From Bryobacterales bacterium (GTDB taxonomy: Bacteria; Acidobacteriota; Terriglobia; Bryobacterales; UBA6623), in contig OZ242259.1 in the NCBI GenBank assembly GCA_965207035.1, positions 3,117,329 to 3,181,328 of the forward strand: DNA of 64,000 nt. The letters run 5' to 3'. Both the position numbers and the translations under genes were made by a program. Below, piece after piece: positions 38,313 to 48,867 of the stretch (positions are counted from its first letter, which is position 1; each line of letters opens with the position of its first letter). A model generated the notes under the pieces. It worked only from the letters and a program-made list of their open reading frames with translations, did not search any database and was not told the origin of the DNA.

Positions 38313-40184
38313 TTAAGATTCAATCCTCGACTTCACAAACATCTCGGTCTCCTTGTCCATGAAGTGCACGAAGCAGCCCTTTAGACCACGCGACAGCAGC
38401 ACCCGGTAAGAGTTCTTGACAAGGTCTACAAAGGTCTTTCTTGACCGTCGCACGACGGTGTCGTATGACGCTTCCGGATACCCTCCCCAGCTCTGGCTGT
38501 CGAAGCTGTAGCGCAGATCCGGCCCGAATATCACGCCGACATAGTCGAATTCGAATCCCTGAGCAGTGTAAATACAGCCGATCTGCTCTATCCCGCAAGG
38601 GTCATATGCCCAGACGGATGCTTTCGGAATGCCCTTCGCCAGTCGTCCGCTGTCCGGCTTTGCGTTCCAGGGTCGAAGATACTCCCCGATCACGACATCC
38701 TCGACAAGCGTCCCGTCATGATTCGGCTTAGACCATGGCCAACAGAATCCTGCGGTCATTCGTGCTGAATGCCCTTCAGTGGCTTTCTGCCGGATTGCGG
38801 TCTCAAGCTCCTCGGCCGACCCGAAGATCCGAAAATCGAAGGCGTCCGAAGAATCCCAAAGGACATTTGCCGTCCGAGCGATCCCGAGGGTGTTGTTGAC
38901 CCAGTTCACGAATCCATCGGACCCGGCGCAACGGAACTGGGCCTGGAGCTCAAAATCGAGAGTCTTGCACCCTCGCTCCTTTGCAGCGCGGACAAGCAGG
39001 TCAGCCGATCCGACCTCGTTTGGGCGCACTACCTGTTTGTCGTCCACAAAACACACAAGTACTTGCGAGGCATCCATTAGTTCATCCACTTGACGGCGAG
39101 AAGATTTCTTGGCCTTTGGGGTGAACCGGTGATTGCTGGTTTCACGGATCCGGTGAGCCTCGTCACAGATCAGGACATCCACGACGGGCGAGTCGACCGC
39201 CATGTAGCTATTGAAGTACTTGAACTGGATGCCCCCGCGCGATCCGATGATCGTGCGCAGAGTCTCTGTAAAGGCTTTGGAGCCCGTAGCGTACTGCGCG
39301 TTGACACCCTGCAGAAGCAAGTCGCTCATCAAATTGAGGGCAATGACCGACTTACCCGTTCCCGGCCCCCCTCGCACGACCAGCACCGTTTTCTTGCGGT
39401 CATGGAATCCCTTCCTAGCGATCGCCAAGACCTTCTCGTAAACAACTTGCTGTTCATCGAGAAGCACATAGGACGGTAGGCCCTTGATGACTTGTCCCAC
39501 ATGATCCATGAGCTTCTTGCTCGGCCGGTACTGGCTCTGCTCGACCCGTTCCAGAACATCCAGACCCTCGCCGATCTCAAGCCGTCGCCTCAAATAGTTG
39601 GCCAGCCGGTCCACATCGTCCGCTGTGAATGCCGGGAAACGCTCGACAATTCTGCGGTATTTCTCGGCGAATAGCGCATCGCCCGCCTCGGCGTAGTAGT
39701 TATGAAGATAGGCGCAGGAGCCAAGACGAATGGGGGCGGGACCGTCGTAGAACGCCGTGTGGGCATCCTCCAAGTACCGCTGATATTGCCCGACCTGCGC
39801 GGACGGGTGTAGCACGTCGCGCTCGGCGCCGCCGACCCAGGTCGATACTAGGTTCTCGCCGTCCGACTGCTGACACTTACTCCACTGCTTGAGCTCAACG
39901 ATGACGGCGTTGTCCTCTTGCTTGCCATCCCGTCCGCAGACCAGACAATCGAGACGCCTGGACGTCAACGGAAGCTGGTACTCCAATGCAACCCCGTGGT
40001 CCATCAGCTCTGCAAGCTGGAACACGTGAGCCATGGCGCTGAGCGAGGCACGCCAGGAATTCACCTCAGCCGGGGAGGGTTTGAAACGGTAGTGGTTGAA
40101 GAACGAATCCTTCAGCTTTTCTGAAATCTGGTTCCGCGCGGTGTCGGCGACGAACTGCTTGGAACTGCCGGAGTAGAGGCGCAT
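38313..40184 (-). CDS. DUF2075 (Schlafen group 3-type helicase) protein with N-terminal PD-(D/E)XK-like nuclease domain
   Basis: LEYQLP...RRLDCLV...VIVELKQWS nuclease-like motif; Walker A GGPGTGKS; Walker B LICDEAH; QFRC.GSDG; GCIYTAQGFEFDYVGVI; YRVLLSRG.KG. Confidence 0.9.
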   Translation of the reverse strand: MRLYSGSSKQFVADTARNQISEKLKDSFFNHYRFKPSPAEVNSWRASLSAMAHVFQLAELMDHGVALEYQLPLTSRRLDCLVCGRDGKQEDNAVIVELKQWSKCQQSDGENLVSTWVGGAERDVLHPSAQVGQYQRYLEDAHTAFYDGPAPIRLGSCAYLHNYYAEAGDALFAEKYRRIVERFPAFTADDVDRLANYLRRRLEIGEGLDVLERVEQSQYRPSKKLMDHVGQVIKGLPSYVLLDEQQVVYEKVLAIARKGFHDRKKTVLVVRGGPGTGKSVIALNLMSDLLLQGVNAQYATGSKAFTETLRTIIGSRGGIQFKYFNSYMAVDSPVVDVLICDEAHRIRETSNHRFTPKAKKSSRRQVDELMDASQVLVCFVDDKQVVRPNEVGSADLLVRAAKERGCKTLDFELQAQFRCAGSDGFVNWVNNTLGIARTANVLWDSSDAFDFRIFGSAEELETAIRQKATEGHSARMTAGFCWPWSKPNHDGTLVEDVVIGEYLRPWNAKPDSGRLAKGIPKASVWAYDPCGIEQIGCIYTAQGFEFDYVGVIFGPDLRYSFDSQSWGGYPEASYDTVVRRSRKTFVDLVKNSYRVLLSRGLKGCFVHFMDKETEMFVKSRIES

Positions 40185-40186
40185 GG

Positions 40187-40552
40187 CTAGAGTTCGGAAT
40201 ACTTTCGGTTCGATCCACGAGCTTTGTCCACCGGATAGCGTTCAGCGTTCTTGGCCATCTTCCGTTCGAAGGCAGCCCCGAGATCGATATTGAAGCGGTC
40301 GGACAGTCGAAGCACGAAAAAAAGCACGTCCGCCACCTCGTTCTCGATCCGCTCACGACTCTCAGGATTGTCGAGGGATCGTAGGCAGTCCTCGTCCGAC
40401 AGGAATCGAAATCGCTCGAGCAATTCTGCTGCTTCGGTGACAATCCCGACAGCAAGGTCCTTGGGACCGTGGAACTGGTCCCAATCCCGCTCTTCACAAA
40501 AGCGTCGGACGGCGAGCGATAGAGAGTCCAGATTGGTGCTAGCGTCGCTCAT
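40187..40552 (-). CDS. MazG-like nucleotide pyrophosphohydrolase (dCTPase/DCTPP1-like)
   Basis: ERDWDQFHGPKDLAVGIVTEAAELLERF...EVADVLFF...KMAKNAERYP; 2 bp upstream of the DUF2075 start. Confidence 0.93.
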   Translation of the reverse strand: MSDASTNLDSLSLAVRRFCEERDWDQFHGPKDLAVGIVTEAAELLERFRFLSDEDCLRSLDNPESRERIENEVADVLFFVLRLSDRFNIDLGAAFERKMAKNAERYPVDKARGSNRKYSEL

Positions 40553-40961
40553 CCATTGAATGCCGGCCCGCGTTACCACCAGCAACAGATCGTCCCTGCA
40601 TAATACCCGAGAACATCGGAAACGCAGGCTGTTCGGTCGCTCTTCTGCTCGGCTATTCCCCTGCGATGGATGATGGACGATGCTTCTTCAGGTCTTCGTA
40701 ACAAAGTGGATTCATATTTAGTTGTAGCTTCCAAATCAGAAAAAGGACGCTCGCACAAGCGCAATTGGTTCAGCCTGGGCCTTGGGCGATATCGAGCGCC
40801 CGCTCGGCGAGTGAGGCGAAGGGCATTCCGGCGCCATCGGCCCGTGCCAGTCTCGGCCCTTCGGTAGCGCTGTGGTGAACTGAGCATCGTGAGCGATCTC
40901 ATTGGGGCCGTCCGCCACGATTCCGGGTAGATCCAGTCCTAGCGTGGGCTAGAATCGGGCG

Positions 40962-42746
40962 ATGCGCGCGTGGGTTCCAGCCTTTCTAGTAGTCGTGCTT
41001 CAGGGCTGCGCAGGCCCACAGGGGAATGTGTCGGGCGATGTCCAGGTCTGGCACACGGTCACAATTGCTTTCGACGGACCCGAGTCGTCCGAGACAGCCG
41101 AGCCGAATCCATTCACCGACTATCGACTGGATGTGACCTTCACCGGGCCCGGCGGCGATTTCGTGGTGCCGGGCTTCTTTGCCGCCGATGGCCGCTCGGC
41201 GGAGACGTCGGCTGACTCGGGTTCGACATGGCTGGTACGGTTCTCGCCCAACGCCGAAGGCAGCTGGCGCTATCGCGCGTCGTTTCGAGCGGGCCCCGGC
41301 GTTGCAGTCGCCGACGATCCCGCCGCCGGCCAGCCCGCGGCCTTAGATGGAGCATCAGGGGAGTTCGTGGTCGAGGGGTCCGACAAGCAACCTCCTGACT
41401 TCCGCTCCCGTGGACGCCTCGAATACGTCGGCGAGCGCTACCCGAGGTTCGCCGGAGACGGCACGTACTTTCTCAAGGGCGGCGCCGACAGCCCGGAGAA
41501 CCTGTTGGCCTACGTGGACTTCGACGGGACTCGCGACCACGACGCCGAGTCGGGCCGCCGAGAAGCATTCCTGCATCGCTTCGAGCCACACATCCATGAC
41601 TGGCTTGAAGGCGATCCGACGTGGCAGGACGGCAAGGGCAAAGGATTGATTGGGGGCCTCAACTACTTAGCATCTGAAGGCGTGAATTCGATCTACTTCC
41701 TACCCAACAACGTCGAAGGCGACGGAGACGACACCTGGCCGTGGGTCGACCGCACGACATTCGATCGCTTCGACGTGAGCAAGCTCGAGCAGTGGGAGAT
41801 CGTCTTCTCACACGCCGACCGCCTGGGGATTCTGCTGCACTTCGTCACGGCCGAGACGGAGAACGACCACCTGCTCGACGACGGCGACCTTGGCCTCCAT
41901 CGCAAGCTCTACTACCGAGAGCTTGTCGCGCGCTTCGCCCACCATCCCGCTCTGATCTGGAATCTTGGCGAAGAGAACACCAATTCCACCGAGCAGCGCA
42001 AAGCCCACGCATCGGCCCTGCATCGGCTCGATCCGTACGACCACCCCGTCGTGATGCATACTCACGCGACCGTCGAGCGCCACGAACAGCACTACGCTCC
42101 CTTGCTTGGCTTCGAGGACTTCGAAGGCGCGTCCATGCAGATCCGGGACGACCCTGTCGTCCACTCGGCGCTCATCGAATGGATGCGCAGGTCGCGCGAG
42201 GCCGGCCGCCCGTGGATCGTGGCCTTCGACGAGCAGCGCACGGGGCGCGACGGCGTCGCACCGGACTCGGAGGACGACTCCCGCCACGACGAGCGGCGCG
42301 ACCATCTATGGGCAACCCTGATGGCGGGGAGTTGGGGGATCGAATGGTATTTCGGATACATGTATCCGCATAACGATCTCAACCTAGAAGACTTCCGCTC
42401 GCGGTCTCAGATCTGGACAATGACACGCCATGCGCTCGAGTTCTTCCACGAGCATCTACCGTTTCCAAGAATGTTGCCAGCCGATCACCTGGCCCCCGAC
42501 GGCGACGCCTTCGTGCTCGCCAAGCCCGGTGAGATCTATGCCGTCTATATCCATTTCGGAGGGAGCGCACGCCTGGATCTGGAAGGCACCGAGGGTGAGT
42601 TCGACGTCTCTTGGTTCAATCCGGCCGAAGGCGAGCAATTGGCCGAAGGCGTCGCCGTATCCGGTCCGGAAATCGTGCGACTCGGGCCAGCACCAGGCGA
42701 CCCTGCCCAAGACTGGGTAGCGCTCGTGCGCCGCGCTCAAGACTGA
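40962..42746 (+). CDS. DUF5060-domain lipoprotein with glycoside-hydrolase-like barrel and C-terminal collagen-binding-like domain
   Basis: Lipobox LQGC; NPFTDYRLDVTF, FFAADG, W.VRFSP..EG.WRY; WNLGEEN; YAVY, SWFNP..G, DWVALV. Confidence 0.8.
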   Translation: MRAWVPAFLVVVLQGCAGPQGNVSGDVQVWHTVTIAFDGPESSETAEPNPFTDYRLDVTFTGPGGDFVVPGFFAADGRSAETSADSGSTWLVRFSPNAEGSWRYRASFRAGPGVAVADDPAAGQPAALDGASGEFVVEGSDKQPPDFRSRGRLEYVGERYPRFAGDGTYFLKGGADSPENLLAYVDFDGTRDHDAESGRREAFLHRFEPHIHDWLEGDPTWQDGKGKGLIGGLNYLASEGVNSIYFLPNNVEGDGDDTWPWVDRTTFDRFDVSKLEQWEIVFSHADRLGILLHFVTAETENDHLLDDGDLGLHRKLYYRELVARFAHHPALIWNLGEENTNSTEQRKAHASALHRLDPYDHPVVMHTHATVERHEQHYAPLLGFEDFEGASMQIRDDPVVHSALIEWMRRSREAGRPWIVAFDEQRTGRDGVAPDSEDDSRHDERRDHLWATLMAGSWGIEWYFGYMYPHNDLNLEDFRSRSQIWTMTRHALEFFHEHLPFPRMLPADHLAPDGDAFVLAKPGEIYAVYIHFGGSARLDLEGTEGEFDVSWFNPAEGEQLAEGVAVSGPEIVRLGPAPGDPAQDWVALVRRAQD

Positions 42747-42918
42747 CCGTACTGACGGGTCAAGCCCCACAGTAGATTGTGAACGATCGTTTTCCTTGCA
42801 ATTTCGGATTTGCTCAGATGCTGAAGAAGTGCCCTGGTTACCTTGTATAGAGTGGACGCGGCCCCTCAGCTCAGAGCGATGGGGCGGAACGCTGGTATCG
42901 ACAGGATTCTGGACTGCT

Positions 42919-43257
42919 TTATCCCTTCCGCGACAGTAACTTCCCGTAGAAGTCCCTTTGCATCGGCCCCGAGCGGTAGAGAAAGTAGTAGATGAGTGCT
43001 ACCCCGACAAGTTTCACTGCCGTGTCGGCCGCGGAGGGAACTGGAAGCCACTCCGCACCCCAATTAACCAAGGGGATGGAAACGAAAAAAAGAAGCAGTA
43101 GGTAGGGAGGGAACTCCTTAGGCGCTCTCTTCGCGCCAATCATGATCGTGGTTACACAAGCGATTGAGACCAAGGCAATGGAGAACGCAACGATCACCCA
43201 AGCAAGCATGGCAACCTCAACATACCCTGCCCGCATTATAGAGCCACGATCAAGCAA
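42919..43257 (-). CDS. Small hypothetical membrane protein (3 TM)
   Basis: Three hydrophobic segments; no recognisable family; start uncertain. Confidence 0.45.
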   Translation of the reverse strand: MLDRGSIMRAGYVEVAMLAWVIVAFSIALVSIACVTTIMIGAKRAPKEFPPYLLLLFFVSIPLVNWGAEWLPVPSAADTAVKLVGVALIYYFLYRSGPMQRDFYGKLLSRKG

Positions 43258-43525
43258 CTCCTGAGCGACTCTTTACTTCCTCGGATGCTTGTTCACTTGC
43301 TTCCGCTCATTCCGCCCATTGGGCGGTGTGTTTACAAGAGCCTTTGGTGACGTTTTCTGGTATTCGGCAACCGATGCAAGTAGCATTCAACGCGTCTAGC
43401 CAGCGTTCCTTGGGCGTTCCATCGTGCGCCTGGTTCATGTTCCCAGGCTGTCCCCGATGGAGGAGAGATGCAGTCTTCCTCGTGAACGATAGCGCGGTGG
43501 ACCGGGTATATGGAGAACGGAAAAG

Positions 43526-44416
<891 letters not shown>

Positions 44417-44544
44417 GCCCACAAGTCCCTTCAATACAGCTCATCCAAGAGTTTGGGAGGGGTTCCGAGACGGCTCACAGCAGGGCCGTCCTATCCCCGA
44501 ATAGTCACCGTAGCAAGCGACCTCTGGCTGCAACGAGCGCCAAT

Positions 44545-45049
44545 GTAATTGTTCAGTAACAACCCTTGACTCATGGGTTGTGGACCGAGAGAAGAGCACC
44601 CTTGGGAAATCGGTTTCCAACCAGAGATGGCATGAGCAGCTGGCTGGAGGGGGTGAGCGAACCATTGGACAGTGGTCTTGCGGTTCGAGAAGGATCACAT
44701 CGACGCTAACGCCTCGGTCAACCACGACCATGCGTCCGCCTCCGATTCGTTGCCCTTCGAACACGACATGGTCAAGCACTCCCTGAGCGAATACGTCCGG
44801 GGATAGGTTCACACGAACGGAGTCGAATCCTTCTGTTCAATGCCAAAGCGAGCTCACGACGGGACGTTTCACAAGATCAGCCCCAAGCACCTGAACCGCT
44901 AAGTACGGGAGTTGGCGGGTAAGCACAACATCCGGGATGCAGACGCGCTGGCCCAAATGCCGAGCCTAGTCGCTGAGCTTGTGCGGAAGCGGCTTGGGTA
45001 CCGCCACCTTATTCCCGACCACGAACTGGCTTCGGGCGCTCATGCGTAA
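44545..45049 (+). mobile_element. Decayed IS1595-family element (transposase pseudogene)
   Basis: From 44762: HDMVKHSLSEYVRG*VHTNGVESFCSMPKRAHDGTFHKISPKHLNR*VRELAGKHNIR...KRLGYRHLI, with in-frame stops at 44804 and 44900. The left boundary is approximate. Confidence 0.85.
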
Positions 45050-45409
45050 ACGGTGGTTTTTCTGGCGGATCGGACGAACCAATGCGCGTACGAGATCCTC
45101 CGGCTTCGCACTCCAATATTAGGTCTCTTCCTCATTCCTCTGCCTCTTGGAAACTATGGTCTCGACATGCCTAAGTGGCACTAGTGATTGGCAGGAGTAG
45201 CATGGTTGCTTCACGGCCTGGGACTCGTGCGAGATCCACCCATACAACCGAAACCGGTCTTTCCCTACCAGTTCAAGCGGAGAGATCATATGACACTCGG
45301 TGAACGTCTCTCGGCGCGACATCTCCGGAATCAGGCTCCACCATATCGGGTTCACCTTGCTCAACGATCAGTCTGATCCCCGCGGTTACCGCGCTACTTC
45401 TTATCGGCT

Positions 45410-45590
45410 CGGCGAACCGTTCCGGGAGACTTGCATCGATCCGCACAGTCTCTACGGCCAGGTAGACGATTCGCTTGAACGCACTAACCAAGTCCAGAGG
45501 GGCCTCGAACCAGCCGGTCGGATCGTTGACGATCCTACTGTGCGTGTCCGTGGCAACGCGATAGCGAATAGTCCATGATTGGATCGCTAC
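45410..45590 (-). pseudogene. C-terminal fragment of a type ISP restriction-modification enzyme
   Basis: AIQSWTIRYRVATDTHSRIVNDPTGW...LVSAFKRIVYLAVETVRIDASLP resembles the LlaBIII-type C-terminus (W.IDRYQV..D..SGIVNDPN.W...L..IVTVS.ET..IV..LP); the rest of the gene is absent. Confidence 0.7.
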
Positions 45591-45615
45591 CATAGAATGC
45601 GTCGCCTCATGGCGG

Positions 45616-48600
45616 GTGGTGATCGCCGGACCGAACGAAGCCGTGAAGAAGCACATCGCCCGGCCTGAAATTGAGACGTGCGCGGTCGTCTCTGGCCTAC
45701 CAGCAGTGGAGTACACACATACAACGGTTCACACGGAACTGGAGGCGGGCGTACGGGTGCGGCTCAAACACAACCCTGGACGCATCGGTGTCGTGACGGG
45801 CCGGATCCGCAAATACGGCGGCCTCAGGAATTGGCAGATCTCGTTTCCTGAAGGTGTGCAATACGCTCCTGAGGACCAACTCGAGTTGGTGGGCGAAGGT
45901 GGGGACGACCCACTCGACCTCCTAGACAGAGGCAGGCTCGCGGATGGAGTCGTTCTACGCCGGACGATCACCCACGCGCGTCTGACCGGCCGGCTCGCCG
46001 ACGTCATCTACAGCATGGACACGACCGGGACGGATTTCTACGCCCATCAGTTCAAGCCGGTTGTGAGTCTCATGAACTCTGCTGGCCGGGGACTCCTGAT
46101 TGCTGACGAAGTCGGTCTCGGAAAGACCATTGAGGCGGGTCTGATCTGGACGGAGCTTCGGACTCGCTACGATTTCCGGCGACTCCTCGTCCTCTGCCCA
46201 GCCGTCCTTCGCGAGAAGTGGCAGCGAGAACTCCACAAGCGCTTTGGAGTCGACGCCGAAATCATGGACGCGCGCCGGACGCTGACGCAACTCCGCCTGG
46301 CTCAAGAACAGAGATACACTGCCAGCTTCGCAATCATTGCCAGTCTGCAGGGACTGCGCCCAAACAGAGGCTGGGACGAACGGGACCCGGAGAATTCGGG
46401 CGCCTCATCCAGACTCGCGCAGTTCCTCGAGGACCGGAGCGAGGACGACCCGCTCGTGGATCTTTGCGTTATCGACGAAGCGCACTACTTGAGGAACCGG
46501 GAGACAATGACCGCCTCCCTCGGTCGCCTCGCCAGGTCTGTTTCCGACTTTATCCTGCTTCTTTCGGCAACGCCCATCCACCTGAGGAGTGAGGATCTCT
46601 ATGTCCTCCTCAACCTGGTTGACGAGGACACGTTCAATCGCCCGCAAGCGTTCGACGACATCCTCAGGGCCAACAAGCCCCTCGTTCGTGCCCGAGATCT
46701 CGCTCTGAGCAGTTCCAGGATTGCGGATGCCGCGACAAGTTTGCGGCAGGAACTCGTCCAAGCATCGAAGAATCCACTGCTTTCCGGTAGTGAGCAACTA
46801 CGAGCGTTGATCAACGAAGAAGTTTGGCGAAGCGACCTGAGCCGAGTCAGTGTTGTCGCACGATTGGCTGAGCGCTTGGAGAGGGTGAACCTCCTTGGCC
46901 ATGTCGTGACCCGGACCCGCAAACGGGATGTCGAGGAGCGCCGTGTCATTCGGGATGTGAAGGCTGCATTCGTGAAGCTCACTCCAGTTGAGCGGGCGTT
47001 CTACGAAAGCGTTACGGCCACGGTACGTGACTATTGTATGGTGCACGATGCCCATGAGGGGTTCCTGCAGGTAACCCCGCAGCGCCAAATGAGCAGCTCA
47101 ATGCCTGCGGCTCTCGCGTCTTGGCTGCACGGAGAAACGATTGACGGGGAGGACCCGGACGATGATGAGCGTCCCCTTCGGGCCGAGCTGTTCAGACGAG
47201 CTCGGAAATTGGGGGATCTCACGGAGTTGCGGCGACACGACAGCAAGTACGAGAAGCTTCAAATGAGCCTGCAATCGCTGCTCAGTAAGGATCGGAGGGA
47301 GAAAGTGGTCGTCTTCTCGTACTTCCGTGCGACTCTCCGGTACCTGTCCGAACGACTGGAACGGGACAGCATCCGCAGCATCGTCCTTCACGGCGGGACG
47401 GCAGACAAGGACGGGACCGTGCTGGAGTTCTGCAATTCGCACGACCACCGAGTCCTGCTTTCGTCCGAAGTCGGCAGCGAAGGAATCGACCTGCAGTTCG
47501 CCCGGATCGTCATCAATTACGACCTTCCATGGAACCCCATGCGCGTGGAGCAGCGCATCGGTCGCATCGACCGACTCGGGCAACGCGCCGAGAAGATTCA
47601 TGTCCTCAACCTGCTCTATGACGACACGATCGACTCACGAATATATAAGCGACTGTTCATGCGCTTGGGGATCTTCGAGGGTGTACTCGGAAGTCTTGAG
47701 CCGGTACTGGGTGACACAATCCAAAAACTGGAGACGCACCTCTTCAGTAGGAATCTCACTCCAGAGCAGGAAGAGGAGCGGATCGAGCAGACGGGTTTAG
47801 CCCTCGAGCAACGTCGGCGAATGGAAGACAAGCTCGAAGCCGAGGCTACGAGCCTGACTGCGTATGGCGACTACATCCTGAATCAAGTCAAGGCCGCTCG
47901 CGACCTCAAACGATCGATCTCCGCTCGCGACATCTGTTCGTACATTATCGATTTCATGACCATGCACTACCGCGGCACCGAGTTTCGGGAGGTCGCGAAT
48001 GATCCGATGCGATTCCAAGTGAATCTCTCGATCGAAGCACGACACGACCTCAATGAGTACCTCAGAGAGCAGCGGCTACAAGGATCAACTAGGCTCGTAA
48101 GGGACACCATTGGATTGGTACCGTGTCGATTCGAGAATACCGCCGTCCCCGACCTCAATGGCCGCGAGGAAGTCATTAGCCAGTTCCACCCGTTAGTCCG
48201 GTTTGTCGGCAAGCGCCTGAGTGAGCCCGATCTGCAGAGTCGTCCGGCGGTCGCAGTTCGATTGCCCGCGCAAGGATCGACTTCAGAGTTAGACCCGGGG
48301 CGTTACGCGTTCTCCGTACAGCGCTGGTCCGTACAGGGACTGCGGGACATGGAGCGCCTATACTATGCGGCGTCAGCACTCGAACCGAGTCCCGACGGAC
48401 TCCAGGCAGAGCTCGCGGAACATTTGATCGTAACCGCCGCGAAAGACGGAGAGGCATGGTTGGGTGCACACCGAGCGGTCGATCTGCTGCATGTCGTCGG
48501 GACTGTCGAAGAATGCTGTATCGCGCCTTCCGACAAAGAATTTGAGAGCTATATCGCCGATCGGAAGGCCGAGAACAACGACAGGGCGAGGATTCAGGGG

Positions 48601-48867
48601 AGCATGCTCGATGATCAATATCGTACACAGCTAGGTAGATTAGAGGCAGTGCTCCAGCGCCACCAGAATCTGGGCCGAGACCGACTGGTCAAGGCAACTA
48701 GAGGGCGGCTCCGGGCTCTAGACAGGCGCGTAGAAAGGCGCCGTAAGGAGATCGACGAGCGCGCGAGGCTTCAGTACTCCAGCGAAGTCGTGTGCGTCGG
48801 GATCATTGAAGTAGAGGAATGCCCGCGAGATTCCTGTGGCCGCAAGACTGAAAAGGAGGTGTTGTGA
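45616..48867 (+). CDS. SNF2/RapA-like helicase (about 1080 aa) with N-terminal SH3/Tudor-like domain and C-terminal coiled coil
   Basis: LLIADEVGLGKTIEAGLI, VIDEAHYLRN, LLSATPI, LSSEVGSEGIDLQF, DLPWNPMRVEQRIGRIDRLGQ. Start uncertain. Confidence 0.92.
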   Translation: MVIAGPNEAVKKHIARPEIETCAVVSGLPAVEYTHTTVHTELEAGVRVRLKHNPGRIGVVTGRIRKYGGLRNWQISFPEGVQYAPEDQLELVGEGGDDPLDLLDRGRLADGVVLRRTITHARLTGRLADVIYSMDTTGTDFYAHQFKPVVSLMNSAGRGLLIADEVGLGKTIEAGLIWTELRTRYDFRRLLVLCPAVLREKWQRELHKRFGVDAEIMDARRTLTQLRLAQEQRYTASFAIIASLQGLRPNRGWDERDPENSGASSRLAQFLEDRSEDDPLVDLCVIDEAHYLRNRETMTASLGRLARSVSDFILLLSATPIHLRSEDLYVLLNLVDEDTFNRPQAFDDILRANKPLVRARDLALSSSRIADAATSLRQELVQASKNPLLSGSEQLRALINEEVWRSDLSRVSVVARLAERLERVNLLGHVVTRTRKRDVEERRVIRDVKAAFVKLTPVERAFYESVTATVRDYCMVHDAHEGFLQVTPQRQMSSSMPAALASWLHGETIDGEDPDDDERPLRAELFRRARKLGDLTELRRHDSKYEKLQMSLQSLLSKDRREKVVVFSYFRATLRYLSERLERDSIRSIVLHGGTADKDGTVLEFCNSHDHRVLLSSEVGSEGIDLQFARIVINYDLPWNPMRVEQRIGRIDRLGQRAEKIHVLNLLYDDTIDSRIYKRLFMRLGIFEGVLGSLEPVLGDTIQKLETHLFSRNLTPEQEEERIEQTGLALEQRRRMEDKLEAEATSLTAYGDYILNQVKAARDLKRSISARDICSYIIDFMTMHYRGTEFREVANDPMRFQVNLSIEARHDLNEYLREQRLQGSTRLVRDTIGLVPCRFENTAVPDLNGREEVISQFHPLVRFVGKRLSEPDLQSRPAVAVRLPAQGSTSELDPGRYAFSVQRWSVQGLRDMERLYYAASALEPSPDGLQAELAEHLIVTAAKDGEAWLGAHRAVDLLHVVGTVEECCIAPSDKEFESYIADRKAENNDRARIQGSMLDDQYRTQLGRLEAVLQRHQNLGRDRLVKATRGRLRALDRRVERRRKEIDERARLQYSSEVVCVGIIEVEECPRDSCGRKTEKEVL

